Numbered from the stretch's first letter, positions 1 to 11,856 are shown. The stretch: DNA of 46,769 nucleotides from Clostridiales bacterium (GCA_013824375.1 PNNR01000063.1:1-46769), one strand, 5' to 3'. The notes: generated from the letters alone by a model not told the origin. Translations and numbers: made by a program.

Positions 1-639
1 CCCCATCACGACGACCCAGACGTATGCCAATGTCTTGGGAATCATCAGCATGCCAATCAGCGGAATTCTCTCTGCGAACAACACAACTGGAATGTAGAAT
101 AGGAACGAGAGCGTGATGGCAAGCCACATGAAGCGGAAGACGCTGTCTTTTGCCCGCATTGCTTCCTGTGCGAACAGAACGATCAGCAGAATACCCATGA
201 TCGCAAACGGGATATTACGAATGATGCCCCAAAGGATCGGTTGCTGATAACTGAGCCACTGATTTTGCGGGAACGCACAGAGCGCGATGCGCACAGCCGT
301 CAGTGCCCAAATCGTGATTGTCAACCCTTTTCTTTCCTGAATCTGATAACGCCCCCGCCAGATATAGTAAAGAATCAGGTAAAACACCGTCATCGTAACG
401 GACGTTATTAGCTTGCCCGCGCCGAGTGCGGCGGCGTTTGCTTCCAAACCGGTCGTCCAAAGCGAAATCGCACGCGGGACGAGATGAAACGAGTCTCCCA
501 CTCCGAGGACGATTGCCATCGCGCCAAATTTACGAATCAGTGAACCTTTTTCACCTTTCAACAGCAGGAAAATGCCGATAAAAATCGCAAATGCCAAATA
601 GAATGTGTCGAAGATCGACTCTGTTAATGCCTGTGCCAT
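1..639 (-). CDS. integral membrane protein, unknown family (partial; 3' end beyond left window edge)
   Basis: Absent from the ORF track because it runs off the edge. Minus-strand ATG at 637-639, frame open to position 1. Translation MAQALTESIFDTFYLAFAIFIGIFLLLKGEKG... is hydrophobic with several TM-like segments. Starts 14 nt after the TetR stop, so probably co-transcribed. Confidence 0.6.
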   Translation of the reverse strand, partial: MAQALTESIFDTFYLAFAIFIGIFLLLKGEKGSLIRKFGAMAIVLGVGDSFHLVPRAISLWTTGLEANAAALGAGKLITSVTMTVFYLILYYIWRGRYQIQERKGLTITIWALTAVRIALCAFPQNQWLSYQQPILWGIIRNIPFAIMGILLIVLFAQEAMRAKDSVFRFMWLAITLSFLFYIPVVLFAERIPLIGMLMIPKTLAYVWVVVMG

Positions 640-652
640 AATTTAATACTCC

Positions 653-1201
653 TTAATATAATACTCGTTCGATAATTTGAATAAACGTATTTGCGTTTGT
701 TTCGTTTTGCTGCAAAAGCAACACGAGATGCATTAAAACAAACTCTGCGAAGGATTCCATCGTAAACGCTTCATCCCATACATTTTGACGAATGTTGCGA
801 TCCTGCTTCAGCCGTTCCACGAGTGTCTGGTGCAGCACACGCAGCGTCGACATCATTCTGACACGCCCGGCTGCCACATCGTTATGAAGGCTTTTCATCA
901 AACGAACCGCGCGGTCGTCCATCTTGCTATGCAAATAAGTAAGTATCCGTGCGATCTGAATCGAAAAACGTTCCTCCGTAATATTGTTTTTCATTTCTTC
1001 CAGCGCGGTGGTCCAAAAATCTTCCGTCAGCGCAAGCAGAACGTCCTGCTTGCAGTCAAAATAGTTGTAAACCGTGCCAACAGCGATATTCGCTTCCGCA
1101 GCGAGGCGACGAATATTGATCGCGTCCACTCCATCCGAATATTCGATCCGGATTGCGCATTTGATGAGTCTTTCACGCAGTTCAGTGTCTTTCTTTCGCA
1201 A
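653..1201 (-). CDS. TetR/AcrR family transcriptional regulator
   Basis: 182-aa ORF. N-terminal HTH typical of TetR (INIRRLAAEANIAVGTVYNYFDCKQDVLLAL). TTG start preceded by GGAGAC. Confidence 0.9.
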   Translation of the reverse strand: MRKKDTELRERLIKCAIRIEYSDGVDAINIRRLAAEANIAVGTVYNYFDCKQDVLLALTEDFWTTALEEMKNNITEERFSIQIARILTYLHSKMDDRAVRLMKSLHNDVAAGRVRMMSTLRVLHQTLVERLKQDRNIRQNVWDEAFTMESFAEFVLMHLVLLLQQNETNANTFIQIIERVLY

Positions 1202-1222
1202 ATGATTGTCTCCATTACATAT

Positions 1223-1236
1223 ATGAACGTGTTCAT
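1223..1236. promoter_or_regulatory. perfect palindrome ATGAACGTGTTCAT, candidate TetR operator
   Basis: ATGAAC/GTTCAT inverted repeat about 20 nt upstream of the TetR start and just downstream of the putative -10 box. Confidence 0.4.
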
Positions 1237-1238
1237 TT

Positions 1239-1267
1239 ATATTAAAGCGATATCTTTAATTTGTCAA
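1239..1267 (-). promoter_or_regulatory. putative sigma-70 promoter of the TetR-membrane protein operon
   Basis: Minus strand reads TTGACA - 17 nt - TAATAT. Confidence 0.45.
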
Positions 1268-1356
1268 CTGTTTTGTTGATTTTCTAGAAAAAGTCATATG
1301 CTCTTGCAGTCATCTCATATATAAATGCCGTTATCATCGTTGTCAGACGGAAACGG

Positions 1357-1385
1357 TTGCCTGAATTTTCGGAAACGTGTATAAT
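1357..1385 (+). promoter_or_regulatory. putative sigma-70 promoter of the VanW gene
   Basis: TTGCCT - 17 nt - TATAAT, about 55 nt upstream of the ATG at 1439. Confidence 0.5.
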
Positions 1386-1438
1386 AAGGAATGTGTGTTT
1401 TCAGCACGCGAATTTTCACCCTTTGGTAAAGGAACGCC

Positions 1439-3076
1439 ATGTACGAAAAATACTCGGGACTGCCCGACACAACCAAATCGACACGCCAGAGCGGCAGCCG
1501 TCCGGCTGACCGTTCCGATGGCCGCCCTGTGCGGGCATCAAGCGCCCAAATGGAATATTATCAGGCACCGAACCGCAGCGCTTCGCAGGCAACCGCAAAG
1601 CGGGCGAGCGCTCGCAAAGCAAAAGCGCGTAAACGCAAGATGATTCTCGGGGGCATGAGCCTCGGTTTTCTTGCGCTTGTCGTTGTCGCCCTAGTCGTGC
1701 TGGTAAAGAGCTGCTCCGGCCCAGCTGTAGTCGATCTGGAGAATGGAACGTTCCGCAACGGCGTCGCCATTAACGGCATGGACGTCTCCGGGAAGACCGT
1801 GGACGAGGTGCGCCCGCAGCTGGAGTCAAATGAGTCCACATTCCTCGAACGCATCGCCATTACGCTCTCCAGCACGGAGCTGAATGCATCCATCACCGGC
1901 GCGGACATGAACGCCGCCACCAACCTCAACGAAATCATTGAGCAGGCGCTTGCAGGCGGCGCGAACCAAAGCTATTTCACCACGGTCAGCATCGACGAAG
2001 CCGCTCTTGCGACCCGCATCGATGCGATCAACCAGACCTCCAGCAAACCGCCCGTGGACGCGAGCGCGACCATGGACTTCTCAAGCAGCGGCAAACCCAC
2101 GCCGCAGTATATCGAAGGAACGCCGGGCTTCGGTCTTGACGTCGCCTCCACAATCGAGCTGGTCAAGCAGGCGATCGCCGCGGGACAGTATCAGACTACG
2201 CTGACGCCCACACTAACGAGCATCCAGCCTTCTATCACGGTTGCCGACATTCAGGCGAACTTCTCGGAGATCGGCAAGTTCACGACAACTTATGATTATA
2301 AAGGAACCGCAGAAGACACGGAAGAACAGCGCGCAATCATCCCCAACCGTGCGTTTAACGTTGAAAAGGCCGCAGATAAAATAAATAAGAATGTCGTCAA
2401 ACCCGGCGATGAGTGGAGTTTCAACGACGTGGTCGGCGATCGTAACGCTGAAAACGGTTGGAAAGAAGCAAACGGCATCTTCGGCGGCGATAAACTCACA
2501 TTACAATACGGCGGCGGAGTCTGTCAGGTCAGCACAACGCTGTACAACGCGCTGCTGAAGGCATATCCCTATATCGAGATCGTCGATCGGTCTCGGCATT
2601 CTATCCCCTCGACGTATGTCGATATGGGTCTTGATGCGACAGTTGACACCGGGCATATCGATTTTGTGTTCAAAAATACGTCCGAGCACCCGCTGTACAT
2701 CTACTCCTACTACACCAACAACAAGATGGCGAAGAGCCGTAAGCGGGATTTAACTGTTGTTATCTACGGCAAGGCGCTGCCGGAAGGCGAAGAGTACAAA
2801 ACCCGCACGGTGATCGTCTCCGAAGAGCCGCCGGGACCGGATGAAATCAAGGATTCAAAGAATCTTTTCATCGGCGAAGAGAAGATACTCGCCGAAGCGC
2901 GTTCGAAGTTTACGGTGGATGTGTACATCGACCATTATGTGAACGGCAATGTCATTGAGGAGAATTTCCGATATACGGATGTCTACCCAGGCAACCCGCT
3001 GAGAAAACAGGTCGGCATCAAGCCCACACCGACGCCGGAGCCGTCTCCGACGCCACCTGCTACTCCAAACCCATAA
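1439..3076 (+). CDS. VanW family protein (disordered N-terminus, one TM, VanW domain, Pro/Thr-rich C-terminus)
   Basis: 545-aa ORF. Signature GGGVCQVSTTLYNA plus surrounding VanW-like sequence. TM segment LGGMSLGFLALVVVALVVLV. Confidence 0.85.
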   Translation: MYEKYSGLPDTTKSTRQSGSRPADRSDGRPVRASSAQMEYYQAPNRSASQATAKRASARKAKARKRKMILGGMSLGFLALVVVALVVLVKSCSGPAVVDLENGTFRNGVAINGMDVSGKTVDEVRPQLESNESTFLERIAITLSSTELNASITGADMNAATNLNEIIEQALAGGANQSYFTTVSIDEAALATRIDAINQTSSKPPVDASATMDFSSSGKPTPQYIEGTPGFGLDVASTIELVKQAIAAGQYQTTLTPTLTSIQPSITVADIQANFSEIGKFTTTYDYKGTAEDTEEQRAIIPNRAFNVEKAADKINKNVVKPGDEWSFNDVVGDRNAENGWKEANGIFGGDKLTLQYGGGVCQVSTTLYNALLKAYPYIEIVDRSRHSIPSTYVDMGLDATVDTGHIDFVFKNTSEHPLYIYSYYTNNKMAKSRKRDLTVVIYGKALPEGEEYKTRTVIVSEEPPGPDEIKDSKNLFIGEEKILAEARSKFTVDVYIDHYVNGNVIEENFRYTDVYPGNPLRKQVGIKPTPTPEPSPTPPATPNP

Positions 3077-3096
3077 CTCAGACAATCCAAACTCAA

Positions 3097-3126
3097 AGAC
3101 GGAAGTATCTGCTTCCGTCTTTTTTG
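3097..3126. terminator. rho-independent terminator shared by convergent VanW and GtrA genes
   Basis: AGACGGAAG-loop-CTTCCGTCT followed by TTTTTT. Confidence 0.75.
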
Positions 3127-3142
3127 TGATCTCATATGCCTT

Positions 3143-3586
3143 CTAGTCAGCTTTTGCTTCTACCCTCTTTGTTCGGTAGATCAAAAACCTGCGCGAGAAG
3201 AAGTTGAATAAATATGTCACAGCTCCCGAGATCAGCCTTGAGATACGATAGTCGATCTTCAGAAGATCGGTTAAGAGATACATGCTTCCTTCCGTGATGG
3301 AAAGCGCGAGCAGTGAAATCGTTAGAAACAGAACCAGCTCTTTCGCGAGTGGCAGCTTTCCTCTGCGAAACACGACCCAGATGCCGATGAGATAGTTGAC
3401 CGCAATGCCGACGACAAACGCAATCGGTACCGCGACCAGATAGTGCAGCCCAAGCCATTCCTTCAGCGTCAAAAGCGCGGTATAGTCCGCGAGAAAGCCG
3501 CCAAAGGCAGCCAATCCATATTTGATCGCCTGCACCGGAATCCGTTCGCCAAGGCTCGTTTGTGTGTTGTCCGATTGATTTCGCAT
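3143..3586 (-). CDS. GtrA family membrane protein
   Basis: Four TM segments and C-terminal NFFSRRFLIYR typical of GtrA-like proteins. The ORF extends to 3634, but the upstream terminator makes the Met at 3586 (MRNQSD...) or 3607 more likely. Start uncertain. Confidence 0.75.
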   Translation of the reverse strand: MRNQSDNTQTSLGERIPVQAIKYGLAAFGGFLADYTALLTLKEWLGLHYLVAVPIAFVVGIAVNYLIGIWVVFRRGKLPLAKELVLFLTISLLALSITEGSMYLLTDLLKIDYRISRLISGAVTYLFNFFSRRFLIYRTKRVEAKAD

Positions 3587-3632
3587 GTTCCAAGTATAGC
3601 AATCCATTTTACCCAACACAACTATCGCACGC

Positions 3633-3660
3633 AAAAAAGAACCACCCGATTGGGTGGTTC
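3633..3660 (-). terminator. rho-independent terminator after ispH/rpsA
   Basis: Minus strand GAACCACCCAATCGGGTGGTTC followed by TTTTTT. Confidence 0.7.
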
Positions 3661-3673
3661 TTGATTGGTTTGC

Positions 3674-6028
3674 TTACTCGTCGACCTTGAGGCCTTCGAA
3701 GAGAGACGCCAGAGAGGTTTTCGCTTCCTGCACCGGCGGCAGTTCGTAATCGCCATCCTCGTTGTTGCGACGGCGGCGGTCTCCGCTGTCTCTCGAAGAG
3801 GAACGATCACTGCTTGCGGAACGCGGCGCACGCTCAGGGCGATCTGCACGCGGCTGAGACTGCTGCTGCGCCTGCTGGCTCTGCTGCGAGTCACGCTGTT
3901 GCTGACGCTGTTCCTGACGCTCCGCATACTGGCGGTCACGCTCGGCTTTCTCGGCGGCAAGCTGCTCTGCAAGGGCGGGATCCTCTTCGAGGAGCGCTTC
4001 CTTGCGGCTGAGGCTGATGCGCTTGGCTTCGGGGCTGACCTCGAGAACCTTGCAGCGAACCACATCGCCGACCTTGAGCTCGTCTTCGACCTTCGCGATG
4101 CGATGGACGGAAACCTGCGAGATGTGGATGAGACCGTCGATCGTGCTCTCGAGCGCGACAAACGCGCCGAACGGAACGATGCGGACAACCTTGCCCTCAA
4201 CGATGGAACCAACCGCATACTTATCACCGGCAAGCATCCAGGGTTTGGGTTGAAGCTGCTTGTATCCGAGGGAAACGCGCTCTTTCTCGACATCCACATT
4301 CAGTATGATCACTTCGATCTCCTGGCCGATTGCGAACACATCCGAAGGATGCTTCACGCGACCCCAAGCTGCATCTGTCACATGGACGAGACCATCGATA
4401 CCGCCGATATCCACGAACGCGCCAAAGTCTGCGATTCTACGCACCACGCCGTTGACCTTGCTGCCGACGACGAGTTGTTCCCATTTAGCATGTTTTTCAG
4501 CCGCGGCTTCCGCAACCAGAACCTGCTTCTGGGAGGCAACGATGCGCTTTCTCTGACGATCTACTTCCAAAACCTTGAGCTTCATTGGCTTGCCAACGAA
4601 CTCGTTGAGGTTCTCAATATACTTGGTGGATACCTGAGACGCGGGGACAAACGCGCGAATACCGCTGATGTCCGCGATCAGGCCGCCCTTGACGACCTCT
4701 TTGCCAACAGCGTCGAAGATCTTTTCTTCGATGTTCTCCTGGCTGAGAAGTTCGTCCCAAAGTTTCTTGCTTTCAACATTTTTACGGGAGAGGAGCACGT
4801 TGCCGTCGCCGTCATTCACCTTGGTGACTTCGACTTCGATGGTATCGCCTTCCTTAAACAGGTCTTCAGCTTTCACATCCGAGTCGCTGGAGAGCTCGCC
4901 CATGGGAATCACGCCATCGGACTTATAGCCAACGTTTACAAACACTTCGCCGTCTACAATCGAAATGACCGTTCCTTCGAGCACCTGGCCGTTATGGATA
5001 CGCGTCATGGTTTTTTCAAACGCGGATGCAAAGTCGGAGTTGTCTTCATGTTCCGGCTTGGGTGCGGCCTTTGCCTTTGCTGTGGCTTTGGGCGTTTCCA
5101 CAGCTGCCACGACTTCTTCTGTTACCTGGGGTACGACGACTTCCTCTGCGGGAGCTTCCGCTTCAATGGTCTCGATCGTCGTTTTTTCCTGTTCGCTCAT
5201 TACTTGTAGTACCTCCCTAATCATCCGGTCCGGCGTCGATGCGCCCGCAACAATACCTATTATATCATCGGATGGTAATTTATCAAGCAAAAGTTTGTCT
5301 GTAGAATCAATGTTTTCCGTATTTTTACAGTGTTTTTTGCATATTTCCACTAGCTTCTGTGTGTTGGAGCTGGATTTGGAACCGAGTACCAACATCCGTG
5401 TGCTGCGACGCGAAATCTCCTCAGCTTCCTGCTGGCGGTCTCTCGTAGTGTCGCAAATCGTGTTTCGAATCCGCAGAGACAGCGCATTTTCAAAGCGCGA
5501 TTCAATTGCATGCTGTATGGCTGCAAAGGTCTCTTCCGGCAGAGTCGTCTGCGCGACCAGTACAGCTTTCCTCAGTTCTGGCAGATTCGCAACATCCGCT
5601 TCCGACTCCAATACATACGCGTTCTCCCCTGCCCACCCGCGAATACCGATCACCTCCGGGTGGTTTGCTTTTCCCGCGATGAGCACGATGTTGCCAGCCT
5701 GCGTCGCCTGTTGAACAATTTTATGGATGCGTTTAACATATGGACAGGTTGCATCAATCAGCGAGATGCCAGCGCTCTCACTCTGTTCATAGACAATCGG
5801 CGGTGCTCCGTGCGCGCGAATAATCAGCGTATCTCCGGAGTGTAGGCTGTCGAGGTTTTCCACGGAGTGTACGCCCTTTTCTGCCAGCTCCCGCACCACT
5901 GTGTCGTTATGAATGATATTGCCATAAGTGTATACGGTTCCGCATTCCGCGGCGCACTGCTCGGCCATCTCGACCGCGCGGCGCACACCGAAGCAAAATC
6001 CGCTGTTTTTCGCAAGGTAAATCTTCAT
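3674..6028 (-). CDS. ispH: bifunctional 4-hydroxy-3-methylbut-2-enyl diphosphate reductase (IspH/LytB) / 30S ribosomal protein S1 fusion
   Basis: 784-aa ORF. N-terminal MKIYLAKNSGFCFGVRRAVEMAE is IspH-like. It is followed by four S1-type repeats (e.g. GQVLEGTVISIVDGEVFVNVGYKSDGVIP, GSKVNGVVRRIADFGAFVDIGGIDGLVHV) and a Q/R/S-rich tail. Confidence 0.92.
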   Translation of the reverse strand: MKIYLAKNSGFCFGVRRAVEMAEQCAAECGTVYTYGNIIHNDTVVRELAEKGVHSVENLDSLHSGDTLIIRAHGAPPIVYEQSESAGISLIDATCPYVKRIHKIVQQATQAGNIVLIAGKANHPEVIGIRGWAGENAYVLESEADVANLPELRKAVLVAQTTLPEETFAAIQHAIESRFENALSLRIRNTICDTTRDRQQEAEEISRRSTRMLVLGSKSSSNTQKLVEICKKHCKNTENIDSTDKLLLDKLPSDDIIGIVAGASTPDRMIREVLQVMSEQEKTTIETIEAEAPAEEVVVPQVTEEVVAAVETPKATAKAKAAPKPEHEDNSDFASAFEKTMTRIHNGQVLEGTVISIVDGEVFVNVGYKSDGVIPMGELSSDSDVKAEDLFKEGDTIEVEVTKVNDGDGNVLLSRKNVESKKLWDELLSQENIEEKIFDAVGKEVVKGGLIADISGIRAFVPASQVSTKYIENLNEFVGKPMKLKVLEVDRQRKRIVASQKQVLVAEAAAEKHAKWEQLVVGSKVNGVVRRIADFGAFVDIGGIDGLVHVTDAAWGRVKHPSDVFAIGQEIEVIILNVDVEKERVSLGYKQLQPKPWMLAGDKYAVGSIVEGKVVRIVPFGAFVALESTIDGLIHISQVSVHRIAKVEDELKVGDVVRCKVLEVSPEAKRISLSRKEALLEEDPALAEQLAAEKAERDRQYAERQEQRQQQRDSQQSQQAQQQSQPRADRPERAPRSASSDRSSSRDSGDRRRRNNEDGDYELPPVQEAKTSLASLFEGLKVDE

Positions 6029-6043
6029 ACGCTTTTCGTGCCG

Positions 6044-6637
6044 TTACGGCAGACGCTCCAGTTCGTTCTTTAAGTTTTGCAGGCTGTCGCGAATCGCATC
6101 CGTCACAGCATCCACCCCGCGCCCTGCGAATGTCTTCGCCACCTCGTTCGGATCGATGGGTTCGCCAATGATCATTCGCACGCGTCCGCGCTTCTTCCAG
6201 TTTGGGTCGGCATAGATTGGAATGATCGGCGAGCTGCAGCGCAACGCAAGAAAAGCCGCACCTTTTTCAAACGAATCCAGTTCACCGGTCAATGAACGCC
6301 GCCCTTCGGGGAAGATGCCAAATATGTGATTTCTCTCCAAAACGCCCATCGCCTGTTTGAGCGAGAGCATGTCCGCCTGTTTTCGGTAGACAGGAAACGC
6401 TAGCATCCCGTTAAGAAAAAAGCGCTTCACGGGCGTATCAAACAGTTCCTGCTTCGCCATAAAGTGGATCGGCCGCGGCGCAACCATCGCAAGCCGTATC
6501 GGATCGCCAACGGAAAAATGGTTGGAAATCAGAATTCCGCGTCCACGAAAAAAAAGCCTGCCTAGATTTTTCACCATTGGCCGGTACAGCAGCCAGAAAA
6601 AAGGTGTTAGAACATATTTGATGATAAAGTAAAACAT
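6044..6637 (-). CDS. plsC: 1-acyl-sn-glycerol-3-phosphate acyltransferase
   Basis: 197-aa ORF with acyltransferase HX4D motif (NHFSVGD) and FPEGRRS motif. Confidence 0.85.
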   Translation of the reverse strand: MFYFIIKYVLTPFFWLLYRPMVKNLGRLFFRGRGILISNHFSVGDPIRLAMVAPRPIHFMAKQELFDTPVKRFFLNGMLAFPVYRKQADMLSLKQAMGVLERNHIFGIFPEGRRSLTGELDSFEKGAAFLALRCSSPIIPIYADPNWKKRGRVRMIIGEPIDPNEVAKTFAGRGVDAVTDAIRDSLQNLKNELERLP

Positions 6638-6714
6638 GATTGATGCGCTTCCTTATATAATGTTCGCGATCCATTCCGAAAGTGTCTTAGAGGTCGGTTA
6701 GACGCGCTGTGTTA

Positions 6715-8625
<1,911 letters not shown>

Positions 8626-8629
<4 letters not shown>

Positions 8630-9495
8630 GAGCGCTCCTCTTTGATCGCCTCAGAGAGATAGACGCCCTCGGCATGCCAGACTTCTTCCAACTGCGTGAG
8701 GTGCTGATAGGCTTCGTCCTTGCGCGCGTGCCCGATGGCGACGATGATCGCGTTGATCAGCGACAATGGAGCCACGAGCGAGTCCGCAAACGACGCCATG
8801 TCACTGCGGGCACAGAGCGTAAAGTCCGAGATGCGCGCAACTGGAGACGTGGGCATATCGGTTAGCGCAATCAGCGTCGCGCCTTTTGATTTTGCGTACT
8901 TCATCGCGTCAACGGTGCGCGCGCTGTAGCGCGGAAAACTAATGCCGAAACACACATCCTGCGCATCTACGCGAAGCATGCGCTCGTGTATATCCTGGAC
9001 CGCGCCGTTAACGAACATGACGTTGTCGCAGACATAATCGAGATAATACGTTAAAAACTGCGCAAGCGACATCGCGCTGCGGATGCCGAGCACGTAGATG
9101 CGCCGCGCGCGGAGAATTGCGTTGATCGCGCCATCAAAACTCTCGTTGTCGATCATGTCGATGGTCGCGCGGATGTTGTTCATGTCGGAGGACAGCACCG
9201 TTTTCAGAACATCCTGCTGTGGAATATTCGCGGCGAGTCGGATGCGTTGCACGCTGGTAAGCCTATGACGGATTAAATCCTGCAACGCTTCCTGCAGCGC
9301 AGGATAACCATCCAGGCCAAGCATGTATGCAAAGCGCACGACTGTGGACTCGGAGACGCCGACGCGTTCGCCCAGCTTTGCCGCAGTCATGAACGCAGCG
9401 TCGTCATAGGAGTTGAAGATGTATTCCGCGATGCGCCTCTGCCCTTTGGAAAAGGTGGAATACTGTTTTTCCATCATTGAAAACAATGCGTCCAT
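8626..9495 (-). CDS. MurR/RpiR family transcriptional regulator (HTH + SIS domain)
   Basis: FSKGQRRIAEYI...AAKLGERVGVSESTVVRFA HTH followed by a SIS-like domain. Start chosen at MDALF (GGAGG 9 nt upstream). ATGA overlap with the downstream gene. Confidence 0.85.
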
Positions 9496-9544
9496 TGCCC
9501 CTGATTCCTCCAAATTAATATGGTTTGCTACCACTCGGGCATGA

Positions 9545-10312
9545 TTATCCGAGCCAGCGAATATCGTTTGTGTTCATCTCTATTAAACGGGAGTATAGCG
9601 TTAGGTCGTAAGTAATCGGGGTCAGCGTGACATATCCTTCACGCGCCCAGCGATCATCAACATCCAGCCCTTCCGAACACGTCGTGCATCCGCGCGGGCA
9701 CCAATAATACGTTCTTCCGAACGGATCTTCACGTTCGAGGTACTCCAACGCATACTCCTCTATGGCAAGCGGCGTTAGCTTTACGCCCTTTAACTCTTCA
9801 TACGGAATACCCGGCACGTTGACGTTGAGGACCGTGCCGAACGACAACGGGTGAGCCTTCACATATTCCACCGCAAACGCCGCAATGCGCGCCGCAGTCT
9901 CCATGTGCTCTCCCTTATAGGAAAGGTTGGATATCGCGATAGCCTGATAGCCCAGCAGCGCCGCCTCATGCGCGGCGGCAACCGTGCCGCTATAGAGCAC
10001 GTCGGTGCCAAGGTTCGGGCCATGGTTAATGCCTGAAACCACGATATCCGGTGTGGAAAAAAGATTGCCAAGCGCAAGGCGAATGCAATCCACGGGCGTA
10101 CCGCTGACCGCATAAGCCGGAACGTCCGGCAAGCCTTCGATGTGTGTCTTGCGGGCACGTAAAGGGTCATTGAGCGTCATTGCCCGACTGATAGCGCTGC
10201 GTTCGCGATCCGGCGCAGATATGAATATCTCGTGATGCCGGTTCATCTCGGTCGCAAGCGCACGGATACCGGCGGCGAACACGCCGTCATCGTTGCTTAT
10301 CAATATTTTCAT
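9545..10312 (-). CDS. surE: 5'/3'-nucleotidase SurE
   Basis: MKILISNDDGVFAAGIRAL... and GINHGPNLGTDVLYSGTVAAA motifs. Confidence 0.92.
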   Translation of the reverse strand: MKILISNDDGVFAAGIRALATEMNRHHEIFISAPDRERSAISRAMTLNDPLRARKTHIEGLPDVPAYAVSGTPVDCIRLALGNLFSTPDIVVSGINHGPNLGTDVLYSGTVAAAHEAALLGYQAIAISNLSYKGEHMETAARIAAFAVEYVKAHPLSFGTVLNVNVPGIPYEELKGVKLTPLAIEEYALEYLEREDPFGRTYYWCPRGCTTCSEGLDVDDRWAREGYVTLTPITYDLTLYSRLIEMNTNDIRWLG

Positions 10313-10368
10313 GCAGGAACTCCGTCAAGTAATCGTTAAAATATTGTACCATACCGCGTACAGGAATG

Positions 10369-10412
10369 CAAAAAAAGAAAAATGTGCAGGAGAAGTCACG
10401 TTCCCCTGCACA
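10369..10412 (-). terminator. rho-independent terminator after the membrane protein gene
   Basis: Minus strand TGTGCAGG-loop-CCTGCACA followed by a T-rich run (TTTTTCTTTTTTT). Confidence 0.6.
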
Positions 10413-10443
10413 CATTGTTCAGAGAAGAACACTTGGGAACCTG

Positions 10444-10887
10444 TCAATCCACCGGTGTGACGTTGATTTTTTCGATATTCAACCCGTTAGAGCCATCCGC
10501 ATACCCATATTCGAATATTAATGATACCACAGAGACCTGCACGATGATGATCGCAAGCATCGCGAAGAACCACGTACCGCGCGGAAACCGTCCGTGACCG
10601 CGAAATACGCGGTAGAGAAGGCGGTTGAGAATGATGGTCAGGATCACGGGCGAAAAGAACAGCAGCAGTTGCAGTGCGCTTTCGAAAATCGCTTGAAATG
10701 TGCCGCTGCTGAGGATCGACCAGTCAAACGCGAGCGCGATGCCAAGCATGTAGAGCGCATAGACCGCAAGCAATACGTTAAACACGAGCAGCACGATGAA
10801 ATACGCGATGACTCGACCCGCGCCATGTCGCGCCGGGCCGAGATTGATCTTGTATTCGTGATGTGGATGCGGGTATGCTTGCTCCAT
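10444..10887 (-). CDS. hypothetical membrane protein (about 4 TM, His-rich N-terminus)
   Basis: 147-aa ORF on the same strand as its neighbours. Hydrophobic segments. No family recognised. Confidence 0.6.
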   Translation of the reverse strand: MEQAYPHPHHEYKINLGPARHGAGRVIAYFIVLLVFNVLLAVYALYMLGIALAFDWSILSSGTFQAIFESALQLLLFFSPVILTIILNRLLYRVFRGHGRFPRGTWFFAMLAIIIVQVSVVSLIFEYGYADGSNGLNIEKINVTPVD

Positions 10888-10911
10888 TGGTTCTCTCTTT
10901 CCCTGGTAAAC

Positions 10912-11601
10912 TTATGGCATTTCTTCGATGTCCGCGCTCTCTGAGGCTTTCTCGGCGGCGGTTTGCGTGGCCTCGTGTTCCTCAAAGCGCTCGGCGAGCA
11001 CTTTTGTGGTGAGGTATGCGGAGATCGCGTCGATCGCCATCTTGTTCTTGCCGCCGCGCATGACCGCAAAGTCCGCGTCGTTTATATAGTTGGCGATATA
11101 TTTCTCGTAGACGGGCTTGACGGTTTCGACGTATTGTTCGGCAATGTTGTCGATCGATCTTCCGCGCGCTTTGATATCGCGCTTGATGCGCCGCAGCAGG
11201 CAGATGTCCACGTCCACATGCAGATACACCTTGAGCGCCATCTTATCACAAAGGCGCTTATCGTAGAACATGTGGATGCCCTCGAGCACCAGCACCTCCG
11301 GCGGCGGAATCAGCACATCAGGCGAGTCCGCGCGCTCATAATTGACGTAGTCGTAGCCCTTTGTGGTGATGGGTTCCCCGCTCTCCAACTGGTTGATGTC
11401 AGCGAGCAGTTCGTCAAAATCAAAGATGCCCGGCTCGTCGTAGTTGAGCTTGATGCGCTCGGAAAACGGCAGGTCGGGGAAATTGCGATAATAGCAGTCC
11501 TGGCCGATGATGGTGCAGCTGCAGGCCAGCGAATCCTTGATGCGCTTGGCGAGCGTGCTTTTGCCGCTGCCGCTCGCGCCGCAAATACCGACGATGATCA
11601 T
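10912..11601 (-). CDS. udk: uridine kinase
   Basis: P-loop GICGASGSGKST and IIGQDCYY motif. ORF extends to 11655, but MIIVGICG at 11601 fits the family N-terminus. Confidence 0.88.
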   Translation of the reverse strand: MIIVGICGASGSGKSTLAKRIKDSLACSCTIIGQDCYYRNFPDLPFSERIKLNYDEPGIFDFDELLADINQLESGEPITTKGYDYVNYERADSPDVLIPPPEVLVLEGIHMFYDKRLCDKMALKVYLHVDVDICLLRRIKRDIKARGRSIDNIAEQYVETVKPVYEKYIANYINDADFAVMRGGKNKMAIDAISAYLTTKVLAERFEEHEATQTAAEKASESADIEEMP

Positions 11602-11726
11602 GGTAACATCACTCCTATAAACTCTTGAAACACGGATGTGTTCGTATCGGATCAAATTCCTGTTTGGTTCCTGTCAGTTTATCATGAAATTGATGGCGTT
11701 GGCAAATCGAAACTCTTAAATCGCTC

Positions 11727-11754
11727 AAAAAAAACAGCCCGGATGCCCGGGTTG
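11727..11754 (-). terminator. rho-independent terminator (third one downstream of rplL)
   Basis: Minus strand CAACCCGGGCATCCGGGCTG followed by TTTTTTTT. Confidence 0.7.
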
Positions 11755-11829
11755 CTCTGCAAGAGAAAAATTCTCTTTTTTGATTTCGCAGGTTGCGCCA
11801 ACACCGTCATCTCAGCCTGAAATGTACAG

Positions 11830-11856
11830 AAAAAACCAGCCTGAAACTCGAACTGG
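11830..11856 (-). terminator. degenerate copy of the rplL terminator (module B2)
   Basis: CCAGTTCGA-GTT-TCAGGCTGG plus T-run. One mismatch and two G-U pairs weaken the stem. Confidence 0.45.

Noticed and set aside
3665-5209. Very long antisense ORFs: 514 aa at 3665-5209, 466 aa at 17287-18687, 497 aa at 39113-40606, 339 aa at 20429-21448, 354 aa at 33240-34304, 276 aa at 13205-14035 and 274 aa at 28144-28968.
   Set aside because: Each lies entirely opposite a confidently identified conserved gene (ispH/rpsA, tldD, glyQS, M29 peptidase, trpS, rplA, xdhA). Their translations are Arg/Ala/Leu/His-rich low-information sequence typical of shadow ORFs in GC3-rich genomes. No RBS or family motif was found.
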